Source: Desulfobulbus propionicus DSM 2032
GTDB lineage: Bacteria; Desulfobacterota; Desulfobulbia; Desulfobulbales; Desulfobulbaceae
Length of the DNA: 32,000 nt
Direction of reading: 5' to 3'
Assembly (NCBI RefSeq): GCF_000186885.1
Contig: NC_014972.1
Coordinates: forward strand, 1,050,001-1,082,000
Both the position numbers and the translations under genes were made by a program. This document shows, in pieces, positions 17,110 through 25,813 of this stretch. The notes beneath the pieces were generated by a model. The model saw nothing but the letters and a program-made list of their open reading frames with translations, had not been told where the DNA came from and ran no database searches. Each line of letters opens with the position of its first letter. The stretch's first letter is position 1.

Positions 17110-17196
17110 CGCCACGCACTCGGCTTGTCGTTGGACGTGAACGGCCGGCCAAGGATGCCATCATTCATTTTATCAGCAATTTCTAGGGAGGAACAG

Positions 17197-17826
17197 GTGA
17201 CCGCATTGTCAAAAGTACGAGTTGGGCTGGCCGTGTGTTGTTTTCTCGCGGCTTCGGGTTGTGCAACCAAGGACAAGCCGGCGGAATCGGGGAAAACGGT
17301 CGATGTGCCGGTGTCCTGCATTGCCGTCATGCCGGTTCAACCGACCACCGATTACGAAGGCACGGCCTCCGAGGATGAGTTGAAGGCGCTCCAGGACGGC
17401 AGCCGGGTGATGGATGCCCTCCTCAAGCAAGAGCTGGCCCAATCGCGGCGCACGCTCCAGTTTGTCGACGAGGCAAGGCTTCCGAGCGGAGCCCTCTCCA
17501 TGGACGATGCCCGGAAAGTTGCCGAGCAGGTCGGATGCAATGCTGTTCTGGAAGTGTCCCTCGGTCAATATACCGAGCGGGTGGGGGGGGATTACGGGGT
17601 CAAGCAGCCGGCAGCGGTCACCTTTGCCTATAGAATGTACGAGACCAAAGAAGGTGCGGTGCTCTGCCATGGTCGATTCGACGAACGGCAACAGTCGTTG
17701 ATGGAAAATTTGCTCACCTTGCCCAAAGCCAAGCGCCGCGGCCTTACCTGGTTGACCGCCGAAGAGCTGGCGCGGGAGGGGCTGCGCGAAAAGATGGGGC
17801 AGTGCTCCTACCTGGGCGGCAAATAA
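17197..17826 (+). CDS. putative lipoprotein (function unknown)
   Basis: GTG 17197 has GGGAGG 5 nt upstream. The N-terminus VTALSKVRVGLAVCCFLAASGC has a signal peptide and a lipobox (LAASG|C). The mature part has no motif I can name with confidence. Confidence 0.65.
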   Translation: MTALSKVRVGLAVCCFLAASGCATKDKPAESGKTVDVPVSCIAVMPVQPTTDYEGTASEDELKALQDGSRVMDALLKQELAQSRRTLQFVDEARLPSGALSMDDARKVAEQVGCNAVLEVSLGQYTERVGGDYGVKQPAAVTFAYRMYETKEGAVLCHGRFDERQQSLMENLLTLPKAKRRGLTWLTAEELAREGLREKMGQCSYLGGK

Positions 17827-17854
17827 GCTGGGTGTTTGCGGCGAGCAGGACGGA

Positions 17855-18616
17855 GTGCGGCTTTCTCGGGACGTGAACCGGCGCGTCGGTCGGGCGATGC
17901 ACGATTACGCCATGCTGGCCGATGGTGATCGAGTACTGGTGGCGGTTTCCGGCGGCATGGATTCCCTGGTGCTGGTTTGGCTGTTGTTGCATTGGCGGAA
18001 AAAGGCGCCCATCGACTACGCGCTTGAAGTGGTCCATGTCGACATGGAGCCGGAAGGTGAGGCGCCCGGGGCGGCGGCCATCCAAACCGCCGACCTGGTG
18101 GCGCGGTTCGGTGTGCAGGTGCATATCGTGCCGGCCCTATGGCGGCCAGTCCTCTCCGGTGAGGGAGAGGATGCGCGAGGACAGGATCTCTGTTTCCAAT
18201 GCGCCCGTTCCCGACGGACCCAGCTGTTCGAGCATGCCCGGCAGACCGGTTGTACCAAGATTGCCTTTGGCCACCACCGCGACGACATTGTTGAGACCTT
18301 TCTTCTCAACCTTACCTGCGCGGGCAACATCAGCACCATGTCGCCCCGCCAAGAGCTCTTTGCCGGCCGTTTGAGCCTGATACGGCCGCTGGCCTATCTC
18401 GATAAAAGCGAAATCGCGGCCATCGGCGGGGAACTGGGCCTGGAGCCGGTCCGGTCCACCTGTCCGCTGTCAGAGAGGACTCGGCGCGGGGAGATGCATC
18501 AGTTGGCCGAGCACATCTATCGGCAGATTCCCGGGGCCAAGGAGCACATCTTCGCCGCCCTGGGGAATGTCCGTCTCCAGTACCTGCTCCGCCAGACCGG
18601 CGGCAGGAGGCCCTGA
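17855..18616 (+). CDS. ttcA: PP-loop ATPase, tRNA 2-thiocytidine synthetase TtcA-like
   Basis: The PP-loop VAVSGGMDS, CFQCARSRR (compare E. coli TtcA CSLCSRLRR), IAFGHHRDD and a third Cys (STCPLS) are collinear, from memory, with E. coli TtcA. Confidence 0.75.
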   Translation: MRLSRDVNRRVGRAMHDYAMLADGDRVLVAVSGGMDSLVLVWLLLHWRKKAPIDYALEVVHVDMEPEGEAPGAAAIQTADLVARFGVQVHIVPALWRPVLSGEGEDARGQDLCFQCARSRRTQLFEHARQTGCTKIAFGHHRDDIVETFLLNLTCAGNISTMSPRQELFAGRLSLIRPLAYLDKSEIAAIGGELGLEPVRSTCPLSERTRRGEMHQLAEHIYRQIPGAKEHIFAALGNVRLQYLLRQTGGRRP

Positions 18617-19509
18617 TGCGAACGGGTAACGATTGTCTGGTCTGTTTCATGCGCCAGGCCCGGGCGGTGATTGGCCGCTCGACCAGCGACCCGCGGGAAC
18701 AGTGGCGCCTGCTCACCGAAGTGGGAGGCATGTTGTCTGGTTTTGACCCCCGGCTGCCGTCGCCGGAAAACGCGGTTCTTTTTTACCGCCATATCGCGCG
18801 GAGCACCGGCGTCAGCGATCCCTACCGGGAGGAGAAGCAGGAAAGCAATGCCTTTGCCCTGGGAGTGGAAACGCGCACCCGCGAGTTGATCCACCAGGAA
18901 TCCGATCCGCTGCGGGCCGCTATCCAGTTCGCCATCAATGCCAATGTCCTCGACTACGGGGCCCAGTACCGCCTGGACCGTGATGCGGCCTTGGCCTCCT
19001 GCCGTCAGCCGCTGGCCGTCGATCATTATGCCGCTTTGCAACGCCAGGTCGAGGGCCAGGCAACCATTCTCTATCTCGCCGATAACTGTGGTGAAATCGT
19101 CTTTGACAAGCTGCTGATCGAGCGGCTTGTCGCCAAGGGCTGCCGGGTGACCCTGGCAGTGCGGCGAGCGCCGATCATCAACGACGCCACCCGGGAGGAT
19201 GCCGTTCACTGCGGGCTTGATCAGCTCTGCCCGGTGATCGACAACGGTGCCGATGTGCCGGGCACCCCTCTGGCCAACTGCAGCGAAATCTTCCGCCGCC
19301 ATTTTGCCGAGGCCGACTGCATCATCAGCAAGGGCATGGGTAATTTCGAGTGCTTGGCCGAGGTCCGGGCGCCGCTCTTTTTTCTGTTCACGGCCAAGTG
19401 CACCACCGTGCTCACGTATCTGAAACGCCGTTGCGCCGACGCCGACCTGCGGATCGGCTCGCCGGTGCTACTCCAGGCCACGCAGGGACAAGAACCGCGA
19501 GCGGTGTGA
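18616..19509 (+). CDS. DUF89 / ARMT1-like metal-dependent phosphatase family protein
   Basis: The start shares one base with the preceding stop (TGATG). The N-terminal CLVCFMRQ, DPYREEK, LADNCGEIVFD and ISKGMGNFE blocks match what I recall of DUF89 proteins. Confidence 0.7.
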   Translation: MRTGNDCLVCFMRQARAVIGRSTSDPREQWRLLTEVGGMLSGFDPRLPSPENAVLFYRHIARSTGVSDPYREEKQESNAFALGVETRTRELIHQESDPLRAAIQFAINANVLDYGAQYRLDRDAALASCRQPLAVDHYAALQRQVEGQATILYLADNCGEIVFDKLLIERLVAKGCRVTLAVRRAPIINDATREDAVHCGLDQLCPVIDNGADVPGTPLANCSEIFRRHFAEADCIISKGMGNFECLAEVRAPLFFLFTAKCTTVLTYLKRRCADADLRIGSPVLLQATQGQEPRAV

Positions 19510-20240
19510 TGCGTTTGGCGATCCTGGCCGACATCCACGGCAACTATCGGGCACTGGAGGCGGTGCTGGCCGATGTTGCCCACGAGGGTGCGGATCGGAT
19601 CGTCTCGCTGGGTGACAACATTGGGTACGGCCCGGAACCGGAAGAGGTGGTACGGGCCCTGCAAGGCTATCGTGTGGTCTCGGTCATGGGCAACCATGAG
19701 CTGGGCTTGGTCAGCCGCAGCTATTTCAACCGGCTGCATGCGGCGGCCCGCGATTCCCTGACTCTGACCCGTTCCCTGCTGAGCGAGGAATCGCTCGCCT
19801 GGCTGCGGGCGTTGCCGTTGGTGCGCATCTGCTGCGGAGCCCGCTTGGTCCATGGCAGTCCGCCCCAATCCGCCACCGTGTATCTCCACGCCCCCACCGA
19901 CACCCGGCTGCGGCGGCTGTTCGCCAGCTATCCGGAACGTCTCTGCTTTGCCGGTCACACCCATGCCTTTGGCTGTTATTGGCTCGACCAAGACGCGATC
20001 GGTCGCCGCTCGCTGGCGGTGGCACGGGTTCCGCTGGTCTCCGGGCGTCGTTATCTGATCCTGCCCGGCAGTGTTGGCCAACCACGCGACAGTCTCGGCT
20101 GGCAGGCCAAGTACCTGCTCTGGGATGTGGACGAGGACTCTATCGAAGTGCGGGCGCTGGCCTACGACGTGCATACAACCATTCATCTCCTTGGCGAGCG
20201 CGGCTTTCCGGCCACCAACGCCAAGCGCCTTTTTTGGTGA
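19509..20240 (+). CDS. metallophosphoesterase (calcineurin-like, YfcE/MJ0936-type)
   Basis: ATG 19509 overlaps the DUF89 stop (TGATG). The full motif set is present: DIHGN, LGDNIGYG, GNHE, HGSP, GHTH, PGSVGQPRD. The track start at 19350 is an extension inside the previous gene. Confidence 0.85.
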   Translation: MRLAILADIHGNYRALEAVLADVAHEGADRIVSLGDNIGYGPEPEEVVRALQGYRVVSVMGNHELGLVSRSYFNRLHAAARDSLTLTRSLLSEESLAWLRALPLVRICCGARLVHGSPPQSATVYLHAPTDTRLRRLFASYPERLCFAGHTHAFGCYWLDQDAIGRRSLAVARVPLVSGRRYLILPGSVGQPRDSLGWQAKYLLWDVDEDSIEVRALAYDVHTTIHLLGERGFPATNAKRLFW

Positions 20241-20244
20241 GCTC

Positions 20245-21567
20245 ATGAAACAGATCGGCAGGTACGAGGTGATCCGCCGCCTCGGCAAGGGAGGCATGGG
20301 GTCGGTCTACAAGGCCATTGTTCCGGTGATCGACAAGGTGGTGGCGATCAAGCTGCTCGACCCCAACGAACTGCTCGAGGATATTCTCGGCTTGGAACAG
20401 TTGCGGGAGATTTTCACGTTCGAGGCTCGGACCATGGCTGCCTTTACCCAGCCGTTTCTAGTCACGGCCCACGATTTCGACCATGATCAGCACGGCCGCC
20501 CCTTTTTCGTCATGGACTACATCTGCAACAACCTGGGCGAGATGATCGGCGAAACCTTTCAGATCGAACAACCCTCCCGGATCATCCGCGCCGAAAAAGT
20601 TCTCCATTACGGTCGCCAGATCCTGGCGGCCCTGGATTTTCTCCACCACAACGACATCATCCACCGCGACATCAAGCCACAGAACATTCTGGTCACCGAT
20701 GAGGACACGGTCAAGATTTGCGATTTCGGCATGGCCCTGGTGCGGGGAGTCAGCTTTTCCGGGCCGGACAACATGCAGATCGGCTCGCCCTGCTACACCC
20801 CGCCGGAACAACGCAAGAATCCCAAAGGCGTGGATGGCCGTGCCGACCTTTATTCTGCGGCAGTGCTGCTTTACCGCATGCTCACGGGGCAACTGCCCGG
20901 AATGCAGAGTTTTCCCCTCTCGCTGATCAATCGCCGCTACGACCGCTCTTGGGACGAGTTCTTTACCCGGGCCCTGCGATGGCAACCGGAGGAGCGTTTT
21001 CAATCCGCGGCCGAGATGCTGGCTGCCTTTGATCGGCTGCAATTGGGGCAGGCGGTGGGGGCAGGAGCGTGCGGCCTGGCCGAATCTACCCAGCAGACCG
21101 TGCCGCTGCGCAGCGAGCCGGCCAATGTCTGCCGTTCGCGCGCCCGGTCGCTTTTCGCGGTCAACGAACTGTTCCGACCGCTGGCGCCGGTATGCAACCG
21201 CTGGGAAACGGCCGCGCGCACCGTGCTCGATCGGGCCACCAATCTGGTGTGGCAGCGCGAGGGCAGCCGTTATCCGCTGACCTTTGCCGCGGCGCATGCC
21301 TATGTGCGGCAGCTCAATGACGCGCGTTACGACGGGCATGGCCGTTGGCGGCTACCGACGGTCAACGAACTGCTCAGCCTGTTGCCCGACGGCGATCACG
21401 GCGGGTTGCCGGAATCGCCGGAGTGGCCGGTGAAATGGCTTTGGTCCTGCGACCGCCATGGACACCACGAAAGCTGGTATGTTAACATGGACATGGGCTA
21501 TGCCGGAGTGCGGGACGTCAACTGCCTCAATCATGTACGGGCAGTGGCCGATGCGCCGGTGATTTGA
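20245..21567 (+). CDS. Ser/Thr protein kinase fused to a C-terminal DUF1566 (Lcl-like) domain
   Basis: ATG 20245 lies 4 nt after the preceding stop. Hanks motifs are GKGGMGSVY, VAIK, HRDIKPQNIL, DFG and TPPE. The C-terminus NLVWQREG...AHAYVRQLN...GRWRLPTVNELLSLL...WSCD...VRAV fits the DUF1566 pattern. I see no TM segment. Confidence 0.85.
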   Translation: MKQIGRYEVIRRLGKGGMGSVYKAIVPVIDKVVAIKLLDPNELLEDILGLEQLREIFTFEARTMAAFTQPFLVTAHDFDHDQHGRPFFVMDYICNNLGEMIGETFQIEQPSRIIRAEKVLHYGRQILAALDFLHHNDIIHRDIKPQNILVTDEDTVKICDFGMALVRGVSFSGPDNMQIGSPCYTPPEQRKNPKGVDGRADLYSAAVLLYRMLTGQLPGMQSFPLSLINRRYDRSWDEFFTRALRWQPEERFQSAAEMLAAFDRLQLGQAVGAGACGLAESTQQTVPLRSEPANVCRSRARSLFAVNELFRPLAPVCNRWETAARTVLDRATNLVWQREGSRYPLTFAAAHAYVRQLNDARYDGHGRWRLPTVNELLSLLPDGDHGGLPESPEWPVKWLWSCDRHGHHESWYVNMDMGYAGVRDVNCLNHVRAVADAPVI

Positions 21568-21594
21568 TTTTCCTCCCACGTCGAGAAGCACCGC

Positions 21595-22074
21595 ATGGAC
21601 TATCCCATATCGCATTATTTTCTCGTTCGTTCCCGATCCGGCCAACTGGCAGGGCAGCATGTCGAGCGCTATCTGGCCAACAATCAGCTGATCAGCTATG
21701 CCGAATTCTTTGTCCGCACCGAGGAGATTCTCAACGGCGCGGGACACACCTTCTGGGACACCCTTGGCCACGGACTGGCCGCCAACGATCAGTTCGCCCG
21801 CAGGATGCTCGCGCACCTCAAGGAAGAAGGGGTCACGTCCCTGGACCAACTGCCCGAACTCGAGCAGGGGTATGTCACCAAGATCCTCCACACCCTGACC
21901 CATCTGCTCGACGGTTTCATCGGCATCGATTCGGTGTTTTACAATCTGGTGGAGGATTCCCACCGGGTCAGCGCCGGTCTGTCCGACGCCATCCGCGCCA
22001 ATCCAGCCGACTATTGGCTGGTGCCGGTGCGTACCGGCAAATTGGAGGCTTCGGTGCTCCATCCGGTGGATTGA
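21595..22074 (+). CDS. hypothetical protein (159 aa), no recognisable motif
   Basis: ATG 21595 lies 27 nt after the kinase stop. Strong GC3 codon bias on this strand. The overlapping 243-aa minus-strand ORF is codon-aligned antisense. Predicted soluble and largely helical by eye. Confidence 0.6.
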   Translation: MDYPISHYFLVRSRSGQLAGQHVERYLANNQLISYAEFFVRTEEILNGAGHTFWDTLGHGLAANDQFARRMLAHLKEEGVTSLDQLPELEQGYVTKILHTLTHLLDGFIGIDSVFYNLVEDSHRVSAGLSDAIRANPADYWLVPVRTGKLEASVLHPVD

Positions 22075-22128
22075 GCACACCACGCGGAAATCCGGGGGAA
22101 ATACCAGCCCGTGTTTGTGAGGAGGACG

Positions 22129-24087
22129 ATGCGAGCGCTACTTTTTGGTTCCATCCGCACGAGTCTGATTATCTTGGTGCTGCTGGCGGTACTGCCGGCC
22201 CTGGCGATTCTGCTCTATACCGGACGTGAACTGCGCGCCCGGGTGGTGAACGACGCCGAGCAGTATGCGCTGAGTCAGGTCCAGGCCATGGCAGCCCATC
22301 ACGAACGGGTGGTGGACAACGCCCGGCTGCTGCTGATGACCCTTGCCAAATTCTCGGAGGTACAAACGCTCAATGCCGCCGCCTGTCAGCCGCTATTGGC
22401 CGACATGCTCGCCCGCAACGCCGTTTATGTATCCCTTTCCCTGGCCGACGCACAGGGCCGCATCCTCGCCGCCGCGCCGTCCTCTTCCGCCGGACATATC
22501 GGCGCGAGTGCCTTTTTTGAGAACGCCATGCGCAGCCGGACGTTCACCGTCGGCGACTATACCCTGCTGCCCAACGCACGACGGGTGGTGGTCCAGTTCG
22601 GCCAGCCCATTCTCGATGCCGGCAACCAGCCGGTCGGTCTGCTGGTGGCGGATTTTGACCTCAATTCGTTCGGCCAGGTTTTTGCCGATACCCGCCTGCC
22701 GGAACATTCGATTTTCACCCTGACCGACGTTAATGGCATGCGGCTTACCCGATTCCCGGAAACCGAAAAATATACCTGGGTCAGAGATCTGCCCCAGATG
22801 GTGGCGAGAATGTCCGGCCGAGACGAGGAGGGGACTTTTCTCGAAACCGGGGTGGATGGGGTCAATCGATTGTACAGCTTCAAACGGTTGCATTTTCAGG
22901 GGGCCTCTTTTCCCTACCTGATGATCCGCCTCGGTATCCCGGTGGATCAGGCCTTGGGCGAGGCACGGGCAGTTATTGGCCGCAACGTGGCGTTATTGGC
23001 GCTGGCGGCGATTCTGGCCCTGATAACGGCTTGGTTTGTGGCCGAATTCACCATGTTGCGCCGCCTGAACGGCCTCATGGTTGCCACCGATAGATTGAAG
23101 ACGGGCGATTTGGCGACCCGCACCGGCATGGGTGCCGAGGAGGGAGAATTGGGGAAATTGGCGGCCGCCTTTGACGCCATGGCCGAAGGGCTGGAGCAGA
23201 AGGAGAAGGAGCGAGCCTTGGCCTCGGAGCAGCTACGGCGCCTCAACGAGGAATTGGAGCAGCGGGTGGCGCAGCGCACCGAACAGCTGGCCAGCGCCAA
23301 CCGTGATCTGGCGCAGACACTGGAGGATCTGCAGCGCACCCAAAAACAGCTGGTGCTCTCCGAGAAACTGGCGGCCCTGGGTGAACTGGTGGCGGGCGTG
23401 GCCCATGAAATCAACACCCCGGTGGGGGTGGCGCTGTCCGCCGGTTCGACCCTGGCGGAGAAGCAGCGGATCCTCGAGGAGATCTTTGCCCAGGGCGGCA
23501 TGAAACGATCCGATCTGACCGCCTATCTGGAGGAGGCGCGGGAAGGGACCGAGATGATCCTCATCAACCTCAACCGAGCCTCGGATCTGATCCGCAGCTT
23601 CAAGATGGTGGCGGCCGATCAGGTTTCGGAAAGCCGCCGTCTGTTCAACGTCCGGCACTATCTCGACGAAATCCTTCTCAGCCTGCGGCCCAAGCTGAAA
23701 AAGACCCGGCATCGGGTCGAGATCGTCTGCGATCCGGAATTGACGATCGAAAGCTATCCGGGGGCCTTTTCCCAGATTCTCACCAATTTGATCGTCAACT
23801 CCCTCATCCATGGCTTTGCCCCTGATCAGGCGGGCGAAATCCGCATCGAGGTGCACCGGACCGGCAGCACGCTCGAATTCCGCTACGCCGACAACGGCAG
23901 GGGGATGGACCGGGAGATCGTCGAGCGCATCTTTGAGCCGTTTTTCACCACCGCCCGCAGTCAGGGCTCCACCGGCCTGGGGATGCACATTGTGTTTAAT
24001 ATCGTCACCCGCACCCTGCACGGCGCCATCGCCTGCGAGAGTGCGCCGGGACAGGGGACCGCTTTTTGCATCACCATGCCCGTTTGA
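22129..24087 (+). CDS. sensor histidine kinase (2 TM, large extracytoplasmic Cache-like region, HAMP, coiled coil, HisKA/HATPase)
   Basis: ATG 22129 is preceded by GAGGAGG; GTG 22111 is the alternative. TM1 is LIILVLLAVLPALAILLY and TM2 is VALLALAAILALITAWFVAEF, about 260 aa apart. The H-box is ELVAGVAHEINTPVGV, the N-box NLIVNSLIHGF, and the G-boxes DNGRGM and GTGLGMHIV. Confidence 0.9.
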   Translation: MRALLFGSIRTSLIILVLLAVLPALAILLYTGRELRARVVNDAEQYALSQVQAMAAHHERVVDNARLLLMTLAKFSEVQTLNAAACQPLLADMLARNAVYVSLSLADAQGRILAAAPSSSAGHIGASAFFENAMRSRTFTVGDYTLLPNARRVVVQFGQPILDAGNQPVGLLVADFDLNSFGQVFADTRLPEHSIFTLTDVNGMRLTRFPETEKYTWVRDLPQMVARMSGRDEEGTFLETGVDGVNRLYSFKRLHFQGASFPYLMIRLGIPVDQALGEARAVIGRNVALLALAAILALITAWFVAEFTMLRRLNGLMVATDRLKTGDLATRTGMGAEEGELGKLAAAFDAMAEGLEQKEKERALASEQLRRLNEELEQRVAQRTEQLASANRDLAQTLEDLQRTQKQLVLSEKLAALGELVAGVAHEINTPVGVALSAGSTLAEKQRILEEIFAQGGMKRSDLTAYLEEAREGTEMILINLNRASDLIRSFKMVAADQVSESRRLFNVRHYLDEILLSLRPKLKKTRHRVEIVCDPELTIESYPGAFSQILTNLIVNSLIHGFAPDQAGEIRIEVHRTGSTLEFRYADNGRGMDREIVERIFEPFFTTARSQGSTGLGMHIVFNIVTRTLHGAIACESAPGQGTAFCITMPV

Positions 24088-24099
24088 GAGGGGAAGCCT

Positions 24100-25680
24100 A
24101 TGAACGATGCCGATGAAATCCTGTTCAAGGATGAGCCGCCGGAGCCGCCCCGAAGCCCTGAAGACCAGACGGCCGCTGCCGGCGAGCCGTGGAAGATTCT
24201 CATTGTCGACGACGAGGCCGATGTGCATTCGGTCACCACCTTCATGATTAGGGGATTGGATTATCTGGGGCGCAGATTCCAATTTTTTCATGCCTACAGC
24301 GGCGGGGAGGCGCGTCGGATCCTGGCCGAACAGCAGGATCTGGCCGTGGTCCTGCTTGATGTGGTCATGGAGAGCGATGACAGCGGCCTGCAGCTGGTCC
24401 ATTTCATCCGGGAGGAATTGAAAAACCGCAGCGTGCGCATCGTTCTCCGCACCGGCCAGCCGGGAAAGGCGCCAGCCGCCAAGGTGATCCTCGAGTACGA
24501 CATCAACGACTACAAGGAAAAGACCGAGCTGACCCTCGACAAGATGCTGGTCACGGTCATCTCGGCCCTGCGCAGCTATCATTTCATCACCACCATCGAA
24601 AACAACCGCCTGGGGTTGAAAAAGATCATCGAAGCCTCGGCAGACATCTTTGAACGCCAGTCCCTGCAAAAGCTTGGCAGCGGCGTGCTCAGCCAGTTGA
24701 CCTCCATCCTCCGGCTGCACGACGATGCCCTGGGCAAAGGCGCTTCCGGCCTCACCGCCTCGGGCGCCAATGGGCAGTCGGTGGTGCTGGCGGCCACCGG
24801 CCAGTTCTGCCGATACGTGAATCGACCGGTGGGCGAAATCGATACCGAACTGATGAACACGACCCTGCGACTCGCGCAGTCCCAGCGCCATGGCTTTTAC
24901 TGCCAGGACGGCAAGTGCGCCTGGTACTTCAAGAGCCAGACCGGCTCGGAGAATTTTCTCTATTTTGAAATCGACAAGGAGCTGGACGAAAACGACCACG
25001 ACTTGCTGGAGCTGTTTTTCACCAATGTGTCCCTGGCTTTTGACAACCTCTTCCTCAACAAGGGGATCGAGGACACCCAGAAGGAAATTATTTTCCAGAT
25101 CGCCGAAACCATGGAGTGCCGTTCGGCCGAAACCGGCAGCCACGTCCGCCGGGTGGCCGAATATGCGTATCTGCTGGCCTTGAAATCCGGCCTGGGTGAA
25201 GAGGAGGCCGAGATGCTCAAGCTGGCCTCCACTCCGCACGACTTGGGCAAGATCGGCATTCCCGACTCGATCCTCAACAAACCGGGGCCGCTCACCCCGG
25301 AAGAATACTCGATCATCAAGACCCATGTCTATCGCGGCCACGACCTGCTGATCAACTCATCCAGTCCGATTGTCAGGGCGGCGGCCCGCATCGTTTTGCA
25401 GCATCACGAACGGTGGGACGGGCAGGGCTACCCCCAGGGGCTGAAGGGCGAAGAGATCCATATCCACGGCCGGATCATCAGTGTGGCCGATGTGCTCGAC
25501 GCCCTGTCCAACCGGCGGGTCTACCACGAGGCGTGGTCCTGGGAGGAAGTTTTTGTCCATTTTCGCGAACAGCGGGGCAAGCACTTCGATCCGCAGCTGG
25601 TGGATATCCTTTTGGATCACCAGGAGGAGTTCAAGGCGATCTGGTCGCGCTACAACGCCGTGGGGATGCAATTTCCCTGA
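24100..25680 (+). CDS. response regulator with HD-GYP c-di-GMP phosphodiesterase output domain
   Basis: ATG lies 12 nt after the kinase stop. The REC domain has ILIVDDEADV and the acceptor Asp in VVLLDVVME. The middle ~170 aa has no motif I can name. The C-terminal HD-GYP domain is intact: TPHDLGKIGIPDSILNKPGPLT and LQHHERWDGQGYPQGL. Confidence 0.9.
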   Translation: MNDADEILFKDEPPEPPRSPEDQTAAAGEPWKILIVDDEADVHSVTTFMIRGLDYLGRRFQFFHAYSGGEARRILAEQQDLAVVLLDVVMESDDSGLQLVHFIREELKNRSVRIVLRTGQPGKAPAAKVILEYDINDYKEKTELTLDKMLVTVISALRSYHFITTIENNRLGLKKIIEASADIFERQSLQKLGSGVLSQLTSILRLHDDALGKGASGLTASGANGQSVVLAATGQFCRYVNRPVGEIDTELMNTTLRLAQSQRHGFYCQDGKCAWYFKSQTGSENFLYFEIDKELDENDHDLLELFFTNVSLAFDNLFLNKGIEDTQKEIIFQIAETMECRSAETGSHVRRVAEYAYLLALKSGLGEEEAEMLKLASTPHDLGKIGIPDSILNKPGPLTPEEYSIIKTHVYRGHDLLINSSSPIVRAAARIVLQHHERWDGQGYPQGLKGEEIHIHGRIISVADVLDALSNRRVYHEAWSWEEVFVHFREQRGKHFDPQLVDILLDHQEEFKAIWSRYNAVGMQFP

Positions 25681-25813
25681 GCGTCCTTCGAAAGGGAAAG
25701 GTGGCGAACGTTTGCTTTTTGTTGAATTTTTTCACCTATTCAGAGTATGAAAAAGAGCTGTGTGTCAGCCCATGCATTACTACCCCATAATCAGCGACAG
25801 AGGAGCGGACGGA

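Noticed and set aside
19221-20297. Other long antisense or out-of-frame ORFs. These include 2104-3213(-), 6858-8036(+), 12586-13119(+), 13500-14201(+), 19221-20297(-), 20458-21339(-), 21352-22083(-), 28071-28883(-), 29196-29810(+), 30608-31615(+), and the many 60-150-aa ORFs in the track.
   Set aside because: All overlap confidently identified genes on the other strand or in another frame. Where I checked the coordinates (2104, 6858, 12586, 13500), they are codon-aligned shadows. Their translations are arginine-, glycine- and proline-rich with no recognisable motifs.
23233-25341. 702-aa minus-strand ORF opposite the histidine kinase and the HD-GYP regulator
   Set aside because: It is codon-aligned antisense (1 mod 3, like both sense genes). 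The sense strand carries complete H/N/G boxes, REC and HD-GYP motifs. The antisense product has none.
25681-25813. Terminator after the HD-GYP regulator gene
   Set aside because: T-runs are present at about 25724-25728 and 25734-25739. The only preceding stems are 4 bp (CCTT/AAGG; GCGA/TTGC with a wobble), which is too weak to call.
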